Numbered from the stretch's first letter, positions 36,572-46,531 are shown. The stretch: 58,592 bases of DNA from Candidatus Enterousia sp. (GCA_045530935.1 JAZSDC010000022.1:1-58592), one strand, 5' to 3'. Translations and numbers: made by a program. Notes: generated by a model from the letters alone, not told the origin.

Positions 36572-37705
36572 ATGAGTAAAAACCTGTATGAAGTTTTAGG
36601 TGTTGCACGTGGTGCATCAGATGCGGATATAAAAAAAGCATATCATAAATTAGTGATGAAATATCATCCGGACAGAAATCCTGATAATAAAGAAGCAGAA
36701 GAAAAATTTAAAGAAGTTAATAATGCTTTTGATATCTTAAAAGATCCGCAAAAGCGTGCTGCTTATGACCGATTCGGTGATGCTGCATTTGCAAATGGTA
36801 ATGGGGCAGGTGCTGGATTTGGGGGTGGAAATCCGTTTGGTGATGCGGGCTTTCACTTTAATATGGGTGGCGGCGCTGGGATGGAAGACATTCTACGTGA
36901 AGCAATGCGTGGGTTCGGATTTGGCGATTTTGCCGGTGGGGCATCACAACGTGGGGCGCAACAGCGTGCAGGACGTGATTTGTTAGATGAAGTCGTTATT
37001 GACCTGAAAGATGCTTATTTTGGTAAAACGCATACGGTTAAATTTTCTAGCAATGTTCAATGTGAAAAATGCCATGGGTATGGAACGGCAGATGGAAAGC
37101 CTGCACCGACATGTGCGCGCTGTAGTGGTACTGGTTTTGTTCATACACGTCAGGGATTTTTTGCGATGGAAACGCCATGCCCAGAATGCAATGGATTGGG
37201 GCGAAAAATTGAAAAAAAATGTTCAGAATGTGATGGTACAGGTACACAGCATAAGCATAGAACATTAGAGGTGAAAATCCCAGCAGGTGTTGAAGATGGG
37301 GCAAGATTACGTTTGGTTGGTCAAGGTGAAGCAGGTGCAAATGGTGCGGCTGCGGGGGATTTTTACTTAGATGTACGTGTTCGCCCGGATAAGCGCTTTG
37401 AACGTCAGGGCAGTGATTTGATTATGAGTATGGATGTACCGTTCACAACATTGGCGTTAGGGGGCGTGATTGAGGTTGAAACCATAGATGATAAAAAGCT
37501 GGAAGTTAAGGTTCCAGCAGGAACACAAGTGGGTGAAAAATTGAGAGTGCGCGGTCATGGCATGCCGTCTGTACGTCGTGCAGGTACATATGGTGATTTG
37601 TATATAGAGGTCGCAGTTAAAGTGCCAACAAAACTAACGGATAAGCAAAAGAAGTTATTGTCAGAGTTTGCAGAGCTAAAATCTGATAAAAAAAGTTGGT
37701 TCTAA
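36572..37705 (+). CDS. dnaJ: molecular chaperone DnaJ
   Basis: J domain with HPD (KYHPDRNP), G/F-rich region, four CxxCxGxG repeats. Confidence 0.95.
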   Translation: MSKNLYEVLGVARGASDADIKKAYHKLVMKYHPDRNPDNKEAEEKFKEVNNAFDILKDPQKRAAYDRFGDAAFANGNGAGAGFGGGNPFGDAGFHFNMGGGAGMEDILREAMRGFGFGDFAGGASQRGAQQRAGRDLLDEVVIDLKDAYFGKTHTVKFSSNVQCEKCHGYGTADGKPAPTCARCSGTGFVHTRQGFFAMETPCPECNGLGRKIEKKCSECDGTGTQHKHRTLEVKIPAGVEDGARLRLVGQGEAGANGAAAGDFYLDVRVRPDKRFERQGSDLIMSMDVPFTTLALGGVIEVETIDDKKLEVKVPAGTQVGEKLRVRGHGMPSVRRAGTYGDLYIEVAVKVPTKLTDKQKKLLSEFAELKSDKKSWF

Positions 37706-37749
37706 TATCCCTTGTTGTTCTTTGTTCTGTTGAATGTATTTGTAATATA

Positions 37750-37776
37750 AAAAAACCGGCATTTGCCGGTTTTTTG
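37750..37776. terminator. bidirectional terminator
   Basis: aaaaaaaccggca / tt / tgccggtttttt. Nearly the same sequence as 33817..33849. Confidence 0.7.
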
Positions 37777-37782
37777 TATAGA

Positions 37783-38382
37783 TTATTTTATCTTTTTCAT
37801 GTGTCCCAGGAATGTTTTTGTATATTGAAATGCAGACCATAAAGATGCAATCAGTGATAACCATAATCCATAAATCCCAATTTGTGGCAGTGCATATATC
37901 ATATACATTAATGTGCGGCTGTCAGTGTCTGGTTTTATCAATGTGCCAATTGCAAAGATTAATAAAAATGCTGCGATTGAAATCATTTGCAACGTTGTTT
38001 TTATCTTGCCCATGGAAAAACGTGCCTTGGGGACTGGCATTTCTATTTTTTGTGTGCCCAAGAATTCACGCAACCCCGATATGTATAATTCACGTGCAAC
38101 CATGACGATAACAGGAACAACAATGAACCATACCGGCATCATAACAGTTAACATGATTAACGTGTTAACAACCAGTAATTTGTCGCCGATGTGATCCATT
38201 ACGCCACCTATCTTGCTGCAAACATTATATTTACGTGCCAGGTATCCATCAAACCAATCGGATATGGCGGCCAGTGCGTACAATATGAATGTTGTCCAAT
38301 ACATCTGGAATATCAGTGTTGGTATTATCGCAAATGATGCAGCGATGCGAAATGCTGACAGAAAATTTACAAAAAACTTCAT
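37783..38382 (-). CDS. pgsA: CDP-alcohol phosphatidyltransferase (PgsA-like)
   Basis: DWFDGYLARKYNVCSKIGGVMDHIGDKLLV matches the D(x2)DG(x2)AR(x8)G(x3)D(x3)D motif. Confidence 0.85.
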   Translation of the reverse strand: MKFFVNFLSAFRIAASFAIIPTLIFQMYWTTFILYALAAISDWFDGYLARKYNVCSKIGGVMDHIGDKLLVVNTLIMLTVMMPVWFIVVPVIVMVARELYISGLREFLGTQKIEMPVPKARFSMGKIKTTLQMISIAAFLLIFAIGTLIKPDTDSRTLMYMIYALPQIGIYGLWLSLIASLWSAFQYTKTFLGHMKKIK

Positions 38383-38434
38383 ATGTTTCTCCTTTTTTGA
38401 ATTGTTTATATATGAATTAATATGATTATATCAT

Positions 38435-39853
38435 TTATGAATGAAAATGAGCATATATTTTTTCTGCGATATTATCCCCAAGCCCTGGTACGTGTTTTAA
38501 TGCGTCAAGGCTGGCGTCTATGATTGCGCGTGGTGTGCCAAAATGTTGTAATAAGGCGCGCTTTCGTGCGGGGCCGATACCTTCGATTTCATCCAGTATT
38601 GATGCGGTCATTTGTTTGGCGCGCAGTGTGCGATGATATGTGATAACGAATCGGTGCGCTTCATCACGGACTGTTCGCAGCATAAGGAACAGTGGTGAAT
38701 CTTTTGGCAGATTGTGGCATAGTGTGCCATCGGGTAAAATAAAGTGTTCGTCGCCGTCGCGCACTTCCCCTTTTGTAACGCCGAATACAGGAATGTGACC
38801 AGCAGCACGTTTTGCGATGTTCCATTGTGCCATACCACCATCGACAATTATTAAATCTAATTTTGGGCCACGTTCGGTTGCGCGCCTTACAAATTCGGAC
38901 ATCATTGCAATGTCATTGCCTGCACGCGATTTGTCTTGAAGTTTGAAGTGACGGTATCCAGATTTTTCAAACCCATTGTGTCCAAATGTTATCATTGCGC
39001 CAACAGGTTGTTTGCCAAATAGGTGCGAATTGTCGAATACGCCAACCATGTTGATTTTTATGTTTAACCAATTTTCTAGGTCTGATACATTTTTGTTCCA
39101 GTCTAAATTTGGTGTATACGCATGTTTTTGTGCGTTTCCGCGGTTTGATGTGTGTGTTAGTGCGGATATTTTATCGCGAATTATTGCAGCAGATTCATAA
39201 TCCATATTTTGTGCATATGTTTTCATCTGTTGGGTTAAATCAGATATTATTGGTGCGCTGTTTCCGGTAAGGATTTTTCGCGCTATACGCACGTTTTCTG
39301 CGTATTTTTGTTTGTTTGGGTTTGTGCATGGTGCGCTGCAGCGTCCAATTTGATGCAGCAAGCATGGGCGTGATCGATTGCGCATCTGGGTGTCTGTGCA
39401 TGTACGGATTTGACATACTTTTTGGATTGTTTTGATTGTTTCGTTTAAACTGGAAACAGAAGGGTATGGACCGTACACGTCGCGTTTTTGTGTGATTTTG
39501 CCACGAAACTTTAATAGACGTGGATAATTGCCAGCGGTTAATGCCAACATTGGATACATTTTCCCATCGGTTAGCATTATGTTGTATTTAGGTTTTTGTT
39601 TTTTTATTAATTCTTGTTCGCGAACCAGAGCGTCTGATTCTGTTGGTACTGTTTCCCATTCAACATGTGATACCAGTGAACGCATAACCTGTTTGTGTAA
39701 TTCCAGCTTGCTGATATCTAAATATTGTTTTAGTCGATTCGATAAATTTTTTGCCTTGCCAACGTACAGCAGGGTATTTTCGTTATCATACATCTTGTAC
39801 ACGCCGGGGGCGTGTGGTGCATTTTCAATTAAATCAGAAAATTGAATATTCAT
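38435..39853 (-). CDS. uvrC: excinuclease ABC subunit C (short form)
   Basis: GIY-YIG (PGVYKMYD..LLYVGKAKNLSNRL), UVR domain (DYESAAIIRDKISAL), C-terminal (HhH)2 (GIGPARKRALLQHFG). Start at MNIQFSD. Confidence 0.85.
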   Translation of the reverse strand: MNIQFSDLIENAPHAPGVYKMYDNENTLLYVGKAKNLSNRLKQYLDISKLELHKQVMRSLVSHVEWETVPTESDALVREQELIKKQKPKYNIMLTDGKMYPMLALTAGNYPRLLKFRGKITQKRDVYGPYPSVSSLNETIKTIQKVCQIRTCTDTQMRNRSRPCLLHQIGRCSAPCTNPNKQKYAENVRIARKILTGNSAPIISDLTQQMKTYAQNMDYESAAIIRDKISALTHTSNRGNAQKHAYTPNLDWNKNVSDLENWLNIKINMVGVFDNSHLFGKQPVGAMITFGHNGFEKSGYRHFKLQDKSRAGNDIAMMSEFVRRATERGPKLDLIIVDGGMAQWNIAKRAAGHIPVFGVTKGEVRDGDEHFILPDGTLCHNLPKDSPLFLMLRTVRDEAHRFVITYHRTLRAKQMTASILDEIEGIGPARKRALLQHFGTPRAIIDASLDALKHVPGLGDNIAEKIYAHFHS

Positions 39854-39903
39854 AATATTTATGATAGAATAATAATTAGTAAATAGCAAATAAGAGGTTT
39901 TCT

Positions 39904-40368
39904 ATGAATCAAGAATCAGGTCGTTCGATGATTGAAATGTTGGGGGTGTTGGCGATTATGGGGGTCATAACAGTTGGTGCAATTGGTATGATTTCATCGG
40001 CAATGCGTACACAAAAGTTGACAACCGTTAATGATCAGGTTGTGCAAATGGTGACGATGGTTCGAAATCTGCATGCTGAATATGATGATTTCTCTAATAT
40101 GGATGGCAATAAAATATTTGCAGCAATTGGTATGGATAAACAAAATCCATATGGTGGGGAATATGAACTGGCTGTTGATTCTGCAAACCCGCGTCAGTTT
40201 GTTGTTACTATTGGAGGATTGGGTGCTTCTGAGTGCGAGGCACTGGTAGCAAAAGCCTGGACGGATTCTGTTGATTATCAGTTGTCTGATGGTAAGCAGG
40301 GTGGCGCCAGTGGAAACTGTGGTGGCGCAAATGGTACGAATTTTGTTCGTATTGTTTATGGCGAATAA
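39904..40368 (+). CDS. type IV pilin-like protein (type IVb-like N-terminus)
   Basis: MNQESG|RSMIEMLGVLAIMGVITVGAIGMI: Gly at -1, Glu at +5, hydrophobic alpha1-N. C-terminal Cys pair (ASECEAL...GNCGG). Confidence 0.7.
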   Translation: MNQESGRSMIEMLGVLAIMGVITVGAIGMISSAMRTQKLTTVNDQVVQMVTMVRNLHAEYDDFSNMDGNKIFAAIGMDKQNPYGGEYELAVDSANPRQFVVTIGGLGASECEALVAKAWTDSVDYQLSDGKQGGASGNCGGANGTNFVRIVYGE

Positions 40369-40395
40369 TTTTGTTGTGCCAGGGTGGGTTGAAAG

Positions 40396-41367
40396 ATGGC
40401 AAATTTTATCGAAGTTTCAAAAGTAGAAGATGGAACGCGCTTGTTACGATGGTTCTTGCGCCATTTTCCATCAATGCCACAACGTGAATTTTATAAATTA
40501 TGTCGTGGTGGACAAATTCGTGTTAATTCAAAACGTGTTCGTGGACAAGAGCTGTTGTGTGCAGGCGATGTGGTGCGTGTGCCACCAACTGTGATGGGGT
40601 ATACCAAGGCGCCGCAAAAGAAAACAGAAAGCGGAGATGTCTTTTCATTGGCGGATCTTGAACAGCTAAGAAAGTGCATAATGCACAATGATGAAGATGT
40701 TGTGGTGTTTAATAAACCTGCGGGTTTGGCTGTTCAGGGTGGAACAGGTATTCGTAAGTCAATAGATAAAATGGCGGCTGCGTTGTTCCCATATGATAAA
40801 ATCTCGTTGGTTCACAGGCTAGATAAAGAGACTAGTGGTGTGTTGGTCGTGGCAAAAAATCAACGTGCAGCACAAAGCTTGTCTGCGCAATTTCAGACAA
40901 AAACTGCACACAAAGAGTATTTAGCGTTATTGTATGGTGATGTAAGTCCAAAACACGGTGTGATTGACAATTATATGTTAAAAGGTCAGGTGTTTGATAC
41001 GCCTGGGCGTTTGGCTAATGGGGCGGGAGCGCGCCCACAACGTGCGATAACAGAATATTCTGTTTTGACCAGTGCTGCGGGATGCGTGTCGTGGGTTTTG
41101 TTTTCGCCAAAAACAGGTCGTACACATCAGTTGAGAATACATAGCGCATTATCCTTGAATGCGCCAATCGTTGGTGATACGCTGTATTCCAGACAGCATA
41201 AGTTGGATGGTGTGTTGGCTTCTATGTTGGAAACAAATAATTTATTTTTGTTTGCGCATAAGTTGACTTTTCAACATCCGGGTACTGGGCGTATGATGAC
41301 GATGCGCGCAACTGTACCAGATTTTATGTTGCCTGTAATGAAGTTTTTAGAGTTTAAATTGCCGTAA
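40396..41367 (+). CDS. rluC: RluA-family 23S rRNA pseudouridine synthase (RluC/D-like)
   Basis: S4 domain (RLLRWF...CRGGQIRVN), catalytic HRLDKETSGVLVVAK, THQLRIH. Confidence 0.85.
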   Translation: MANFIEVSKVEDGTRLLRWFLRHFPSMPQREFYKLCRGGQIRVNSKRVRGQELLCAGDVVRVPPTVMGYTKAPQKKTESGDVFSLADLEQLRKCIMHNDEDVVVFNKPAGLAVQGGTGIRKSIDKMAAALFPYDKISLVHRLDKETSGVLVVAKNQRAAQSLSAQFQTKTAHKEYLALLYGDVSPKHGVIDNYMLKGQVFDTPGRLANGAGARPQRAITEYSVLTSAAGCVSWVLFSPKTGRTHQLRIHSALSLNAPIVGDTLYSRQHKLDGVLASMLETNNLFLFAHKLTFQHPGTGRMMTMRATVPDFMLPVMKFLEFKLP

Positions 41368-43430
41368 TGAGAGTTCGAAAAAATATTTTTATGCTGTTGA
41401 TGCGAATCGCTGGATTGTTTCTGGGCGGGTTGGTTGTTGCGGTGGTTGTGGCATTAAGTCAGGTAAATTTGGAAAGCTTGCGCGGTAACTTAATTGCGGT
41501 GTTGCGTGATTCAATGGGGGTTCCTGTTGAAATAGATGGTGCAGTATCGTGGAAATTTTCTTTGCGTCCTCATGTGGAATTAAACAAGGTTCGTGTGCCG
41601 AATGCACAGTGGGCAAAAGCAAAAAATGCCTTTAGTGCAGAAAAAATAGATGTGCGATTAAATCTGATATCATTGTTTCGTAATCGGCCAACAATTCAAA
41701 ATGTACGTGTGTATGATGCGAATATAAATATTGAGAGAAATAGTGAGGGTGAATATTCACTGGAACGATTGGTAAAACAGAAAAAAACACCTGAAAATAT
41801 TACGCATGTGACCGAGAAATATCCTTTTCGTGACCCAGGGTTGGGTGGTGTTGAAATTCGTGGGATGAATGTAAACTTTTTGGGGGATAAATATTATCTG
41901 GCGGGTTTTAATGTGCGTTTGGTTCCACATTCAACAAAAGGGCGTGAATATTCTGGATGGATAAAAGCGAAAAATGATGTACAGCCATTTATTGTATCGT
42001 TTTTAGAGTATAATGAAACACGAAAAATATATCCTGTTAGGGTTGCTTTATCGACTGGCGGAGATGCACTGATTGCAAATATTGCATTAGAAGGAAAAAG
42101 CAAGCAACCAATTGATTTTATTGTTAAGGGGGATGTGCCAGATGCAGAAAAATTTGGAAAAATTTTCAACCTGGATTTATCGGATGTTCCTGCATTAAGT
42201 TTGAATGTCGCAGGGGGGTGGGATAGAAAGAAAATAGTACTGCGAAAGTCTGCGGTGCGTATTCGTGGAACTGATTTTACTGTTTCGGGTGAATTGGATT
42301 TGAGTAAAAGTATTTCTGTTGTAAAATTGAATGTTTATTCGCCACGAATTGCGTTGATGGATTTATTCCCTGCGTGGTATGCGAATAGGAATATGCGCAA
42401 GAAAGATAAAAAAAATGTGTTTAAAGGCATTCCTTTGTTCGCAGAAGAATTATTTGACCGGCAGGTTTCTTTAAATGTTGTGGTTGATGATTTGATTGTC
42501 TATCGTGATTTGAATTTGAAAAAAATGAATTTAAGTATGGATGCGGTTAATAATCATGCGCGATTAGATTTTAATACAGAATTTGTAGATGGTGAAATAA
42601 AAATAGGGATGGATGCTGATATAGAAAAAGATGGACGTGTATGGTTACAGTCGGCGGCACGCGGAAAAAATATTTATGTTGGACAATTATTACATAAGAT
42701 TAAAGAAGATAATTTGTTATCTGATTTGCCAATGGATTTTGAATTTTATGTCCAGGCAAATGGAACGAATTTATCGGAAATTATGCAAACTGTAACTGGG
42801 CCTGTGCGTGTTTGGTCCAGTGGAACAGGGTACATGCATCCAAATTTGGTAGAGTATGTTTATGGAACGGATTTTTTGACTTCGTTGCGGCATAGTATTC
42901 AGGATTTGTTCAGTTCGGAAAAAAATAAGGATCGGATTAAGATATCGTGTGTCGCGCTGAATGTTATTTTGCGTGATGGTATATTTGAAACGCAAAATGG
43001 TTTTGCAGTTGAAACTAATGCGATAAATGTGCGGTTGTTGGGGGCGTTAAATCTGGGGGATGAGGAGATGAAGTTGTCTTTGACAACCGTGCCTGTTCGT
43101 GGATTGAAATTGTCGTTGACAGGAAATGTTGTAAATTCGATAAGCTTAACAGGTAACTTGGCAGAACCGAACGTGAAAATTGATGGCGTATCTGTTGCAG
43201 GCAAGGTTGCATCTGCAACGGGGTTGGGGTTGTTGTTGGCGCCATTTACAGGTGGTATCAGTTTAGTCGCTGGGGCGGGGATTGGTTTGGTTGCTGGGGA
43301 TTTGCTGGAAAACTGGTTGGCGGATGATAATCCGTGTGATACAGCCCTGAAAAAAGGTGCACCGCTTAGACACGATGACCCGGAATGGATGGCAGAACCG
43401 ATAGATGAATTGGTTAATCGTGTGCTTTGA
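41367..43430 (+). CDS. asmA: AsmA family outer-membrane biogenesis protein
   Basis: N-terminal anchor, then a long beta-rich body. N-terminal (..ESLRGNLIAVLRDSMGVPVEIDG.VSWKFSLRPHVELNKVRV) and C-terminal (LSLTGNLAEPNVKID) AsmA-like blocks. ATG overlaps the rluC stop. Confidence 0.7.
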   Translation: MRVRKNIFMLLMRIAGLFLGGLVVAVVVALSQVNLESLRGNLIAVLRDSMGVPVEIDGAVSWKFSLRPHVELNKVRVPNAQWAKAKNAFSAEKIDVRLNLISLFRNRPTIQNVRVYDANINIERNSEGEYSLERLVKQKKTPENITHVTEKYPFRDPGLGGVEIRGMNVNFLGDKYYLAGFNVRLVPHSTKGREYSGWIKAKNDVQPFIVSFLEYNETRKIYPVRVALSTGGDALIANIALEGKSKQPIDFIVKGDVPDAEKFGKIFNLDLSDVPALSLNVAGGWDRKKIVLRKSAVRIRGTDFTVSGELDLSKSISVVKLNVYSPRIALMDLFPAWYANRNMRKKDKKNVFKGIPLFAEELFDRQVSLNVVVDDLIVYRDLNLKKMNLSMDAVNNHARLDFNTEFVDGEIKIGMDADIEKDGRVWLQSAARGKNIYVGQLLHKIKEDNLLSDLPMDFEFYVQANGTNLSEIMQTVTGPVRVWSSGTGYMHPNLVEYVYGTDFLTSLRHSIQDLFSSEKNKDRIKISCVALNVILRDGIFETQNGFAVETNAINVRLLGALNLGDEEMKLSLTTVPVRGLKLSLTGNVVNSISLTGNLAEPNVKIDGVSVAGKVASATGLGLLLAPFTGGISLVAGAGIGLVAGDLLENWLADDNPCDTALKKGAPLRHDDPEWMAEPIDELVNRVL

Positions 43431-43557
43431 CGAATTTGTGTTTTAATATTGTTTATCTGTGTTGCTTTTGGTCTTGCACCGAATCGGTGTTTTTTGGTAA
43501 AGTTGATGTAACAGAGTGTGGGATACACATAAAATATAAGGAAACAGGAGTAGTATT

Positions 43558-44676
43558 ATGGAATTTTCAGTGTTTCGTCAGGTTTTAATACGTGCGCTGG
43601 GGCATATGCAATCGATTGTAGAAAAGCGTGCGACTTTGCCAATCTTGATGAATGTAAAAATAGAAGCTGCTGATGATTTGATTTTGTCGGCGACAAATGT
43701 TGATTTGGAATTGGTTGAACATGTTGCAGCAGATATCACGTTGGGGGGCAAAATTACTGTGCCTGTTCAGATGTTGTATGACATTGTTCGCAAGTTGCCA
43801 GATGATGCAGAAATTTCTTTTAAACAGTCGGGTGATCAGTTGGTCGTGTCCAGTGGGCGTGCAGTATTTCGCTTGCCAACGTTGCCTGCGGAAAATTTCC
43901 CTGCGATGGCAGGCAGCAATCTGACAACAAAATTCCAGATGACGACAGGTGATTTGGCGCATTTGATTAATCAGACAAAATTTGCGATTCCAACAGATGA
44001 TGTGCGTTACCACTTGGGTGGGATTTATTTCCATATTGCAGATGAAGGCGATGCGAAAAAGTTGACTGCAGTTGCAACTGATGCCCAGCGTATGGCGTTG
44101 TGTGCGATGCCGGCGCCGGTAGGCAGTGCGGAAATGCCATCTGTTATTTTGCCACGTCGTGTGATTGGTGAATTGTCAAAGTTGTTAGAAGATGCCAATG
44201 TCGATGATGTTATGGTTGAATTGTCAGATACCAAGGCGCGTTTCACAGTTGGTTCCGCAACATTGACCAGTAAATTAGTCGATGCGCAGTATCCAAACTA
44301 TCGTGTTGTGATTCCAAAAGGTAATGACAAGATTGCGATTTTAGACAGAAAACAGTTTATTAATGCGGTTGACTTGGTTTCGGTTGCCAGTGTTGATAAG
44401 ACAAAATCTGTTCAGTTGACATTCAGTATGAATAAGTTGGTCATTAATGCGTCCAGTCCAGATGCAGGTACTGCAACCCAGGAATTGGACATTGAATATA
44501 ATGGTGACAGTTCGTTTACGGTTGTATTTAATGTAAAGTTTTTGTTGGATGTTGCGGGTCAGGTTGAGGGTGAAAAATTCCAATTAGAGATGCAGGATCC
44601 TTTGGCGCCAACAAAGATTAATTCAGTTGATAAAGACACGGATGCGCTGTATGTTTTAATGCCGATGCGTATGTAA
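43558..44676 (+). CDS. dnaN: DNA polymerase III beta sliding clamp
   Basis: 372 aa. TLPILMNVKIEA, AENFP, YHLGGIYFH, and C-terminal LYVLMPMRM. Confidence 0.95.
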   Translation: MEFSVFRQVLIRALGHMQSIVEKRATLPILMNVKIEAADDLILSATNVDLELVEHVAADITLGGKITVPVQMLYDIVRKLPDDAEISFKQSGDQLVVSSGRAVFRLPTLPAENFPAMAGSNLTTKFQMTTGDLAHLINQTKFAIPTDDVRYHLGGIYFHIADEGDAKKLTAVATDAQRMALCAMPAPVGSAEMPSVILPRRVIGELSKLLEDANVDDVMVELSDTKARFTVGSATLTSKLVDAQYPNYRVVIPKGNDKIAILDRKQFINAVDLVSVASVDKTKSVQLTFSMNKLVINASSPDAGTATQELDIEYNGDSSFTVVFNVKFLLDVAGQVEGEKFQLEMQDPLAPTKINSVDKDTDALYVLMPMRM

Positions 44677-44745
44677 GGAAACTTATAGCTTGAAACGTTG
44701 TGTGTGTTCGTGTATAATTGAATAAGAAGGAAAAAAGGTGAATTC

Positions 44746-45108
44746 ATGAAAAAGATTATGAGACGTATTAATTTTGCGCTTGTTGCGATGATGGCTGCGC
44801 CAATATCTGCATTCGCTGCACCTGATGGGACGGTGCTGTCGATGAATAAGACAGTTTGTGAATTGGCCACGCAGTTTGGGGCTGTGTTTAAGGGGTTACG
44901 CTTGCTGGCGTTTATTGGTGCTGGCTTTATCCTGGCGTCCTGGGCCTGGACATATATTTCTAAAGGCGAAGCAAAGCTGGAAGATGTTAAGACTAAGGGG
45001 ATGGGTATGTTGATTGGTTTTGCAATGCTGTTTTTGGTTGGTATTATTTTGTCTGCCTTTATTACAATGACGGGTGGTGACAATTGTGTTGCTAGCTCCT
45101 TTTCATGA
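44746..45108 (+). CDS. TrbC/VirB2-like pilin (orphan)
   Basis: Signal peptide ..ISAFA|AP, short hydrophilic region, two hydrophobic helices separated by a charged loop (KGEAKLEDVKTKG). This is the VirB2 topology. Confidence 0.5.
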   Translation: MKKIMRRINFALVAMMAAPISAFAAPDGTVLSMNKTVCELATQFGAVFKGLRLLAFIGAGFILASWAWTYISKGEAKLEDVKTKGMGMLIGFAMLFLVGIILSAFITMTGGDNCVASSFS

Positions 45109-45112
45109 TGTG

Positions 45113-45144
45113 TAAAAAAAAGGGGGGGCACCCCCTTTTTTTTA
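45113..45144. terminator. bidirectional G/C hairpin terminator
   Basis: aaaaaaaaggggg / ggca / cccccttttttttt. Confidence 0.65.
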
Positions 45145-46077
45145 TTTTGTTTTTAAATAGGCATATTTGTTTATAAAGTCGCGTTCTTTTTGCATTAAAA
45201 TAGATTGTATTTGTTGTATGGGCGTGTGGGTTATGTCGCGAATTGGGTCAATGCCCATTTCTGTGATAAATTTTGTTCGTATTGCTGAAAATTCGTTATA
45301 TGCGATGTCAAAGATTTCCTGATGTGTTATAAAATCTTCTTGGGTGATTGCTTTTATAATATTCTGTAGTATTTCTTGTTTGTAGAACAGTAGCATTGAA
45401 CCCATGAAATCTGCCAAGGGTCTTTTGTCGTGGGTGTTTAATGCGTTTTTATTGCGAATGGTAGCAGGTGTTTCATTGAACAGTGCGATTGTGTTTTGTT
45501 CTGAAAAGTCATGAAAGTTAACGCCATGTTTGTACAGTAATCCATTCAGTTTTTTTGTATAGCGTGATAATTGTTCGCGCAGGTGTACGCGTGCGAATTG
45601 ATAACACCATGCGTTCATTGTGTCAAATGTCATATTTGGGTCGATTATGGGGCTGATAAAATATGTGCGCGCAAAAATCATGTACGGGTTCTTGCGTGAC
45701 ATGCACCAGCATGCATAAGGCGACAATTTAAAATCTTTGGCGTTTTTAAAGTAATGGTTGTCCAGTGTGTATGGGTGTGTGATTTGTACGACATGATTGT
45801 TGTAAAAATCAATATTTGTGTTTTCTAGTTGTGGAAATCCGCGGGTGCTGTTTGTTGGTCTGGGCATAACCATATTTTGCCATATATGTGCGCTGAATGA
45901 TGGTTTTTGTGGGAATATATTTTCGCCAAACAGGTTATGTAAATCAGAATACATCCAACCAGTTGTGCTGGTATTTTTTTCAGATTCTGTATCTGGGAAC
46001 AGCGATGGTTGGGTGATGTGCTGAATACGACAAGCGTTCAATGTTTTAAAAATTTTTTCTTTTTTTGAAATTATCAT
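45142..46077 (-). CDS. DinD-like (DNA-damage-inducible protein D / Bro-N-like) protein
   Basis: KLSPYACWCMSRKNPYMIFARTYF resembles E. coli DinD LSRYACYLVVQNGDP..IA.GQTYF, and RPLADFMGSMLL resembles its LDHMGSTELA region. Confidence 0.5.
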   Translation of the reverse strand: MIISKKEKIFKTLNACRIQHITQPSLFPDTESEKNTSTTGWMYSDLHNLFGENIFPQKPSFSAHIWQNMVMPRPTNSTRGFPQLENTNIDFYNNHVVQITHPYTLDNHYFKNAKDFKLSPYACWCMSRKNPYMIFARTYFISPIIDPNMTFDTMNAWCYQFARVHLREQLSRYTKKLNGLLYKHGVNFHDFSEQNTIALFNETPATIRNKNALNTHDKRPLADFMGSMLLFYKQEILQNIIKAITQEDFITHQEIFDIAYNEFSAIRTKFITEMGIDPIRDITHTPIQQIQSILMQKERDFINKYAYLKTK

Positions 46078-46102
46078 TTAAATCTCTCTCGGGGGTGGGA
46101 TG

Positions 46103-46327
46103 TTATTTTTTTTCATCCAGATTGGCCAGGGAATATAATACCGATGATATTAATGATTGGTATGGGACGTGTTGTGTTTCGGCCAGTTCTTTAATCTTGT
46201 CCAGAATGGGGCGTGGTATGCGCATGTTTATAACGCAATCAGATTTGTTAAAAGCCTTGTATGCGGCGTATTCGCGTAACAAGGATTCCATATTCATTAC
46301 AAATAATTGTTGCATTACGTTTGGCAT
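46103..46327 (-). CDS. CopG/RHH BrnA-like antitoxin-family protein
   Basis: INMRIPRPILDKIKELAETQHVPYQSLISSVLYSLA matches the BrnA C-terminal pattern. 25 nt upstream of the DinD-like gene. Confidence 0.55.
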   Translation of the reverse strand: MPNVMQQLFVMNMESLLREYAAYKAFNKSDCVINMRIPRPILDKIKELAETQHVPYQSLISSVLYSLANLDEKK

Positions 46328-46531
46328 ATGCAGACTCCTATACTAACCGCAATACAGCGGTAATTACAACAAACTATACCATTGTAAATACATTTGTCAA
46401 TACAAATATAAATACAGTTGTGTGTGCCTGTGTGTGGGCGGTGGTATTGGTGTTTGTATTGTGTGGTTTTGGTTTGATTTTTGCGTTTAGTGTGTTTAAA
46501 ATTGTCGTGTATAAATGGAAAGGATTTTATT

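Noticed and set aside
33817-37776. Near-identical hairpins aaaaaaccggca..tgccggtttttt at 33817..33849 and 37750..37776 as a possible dispersed repeat or mobile-element ends.
   Set aside because: Both sit exactly between convergent genes, and they are short A-run/stem/T-run bidirectional terminators. The similarity is most simply convergent terminator sequence, and nothing between them (parE, dnaJ) looks mobile.
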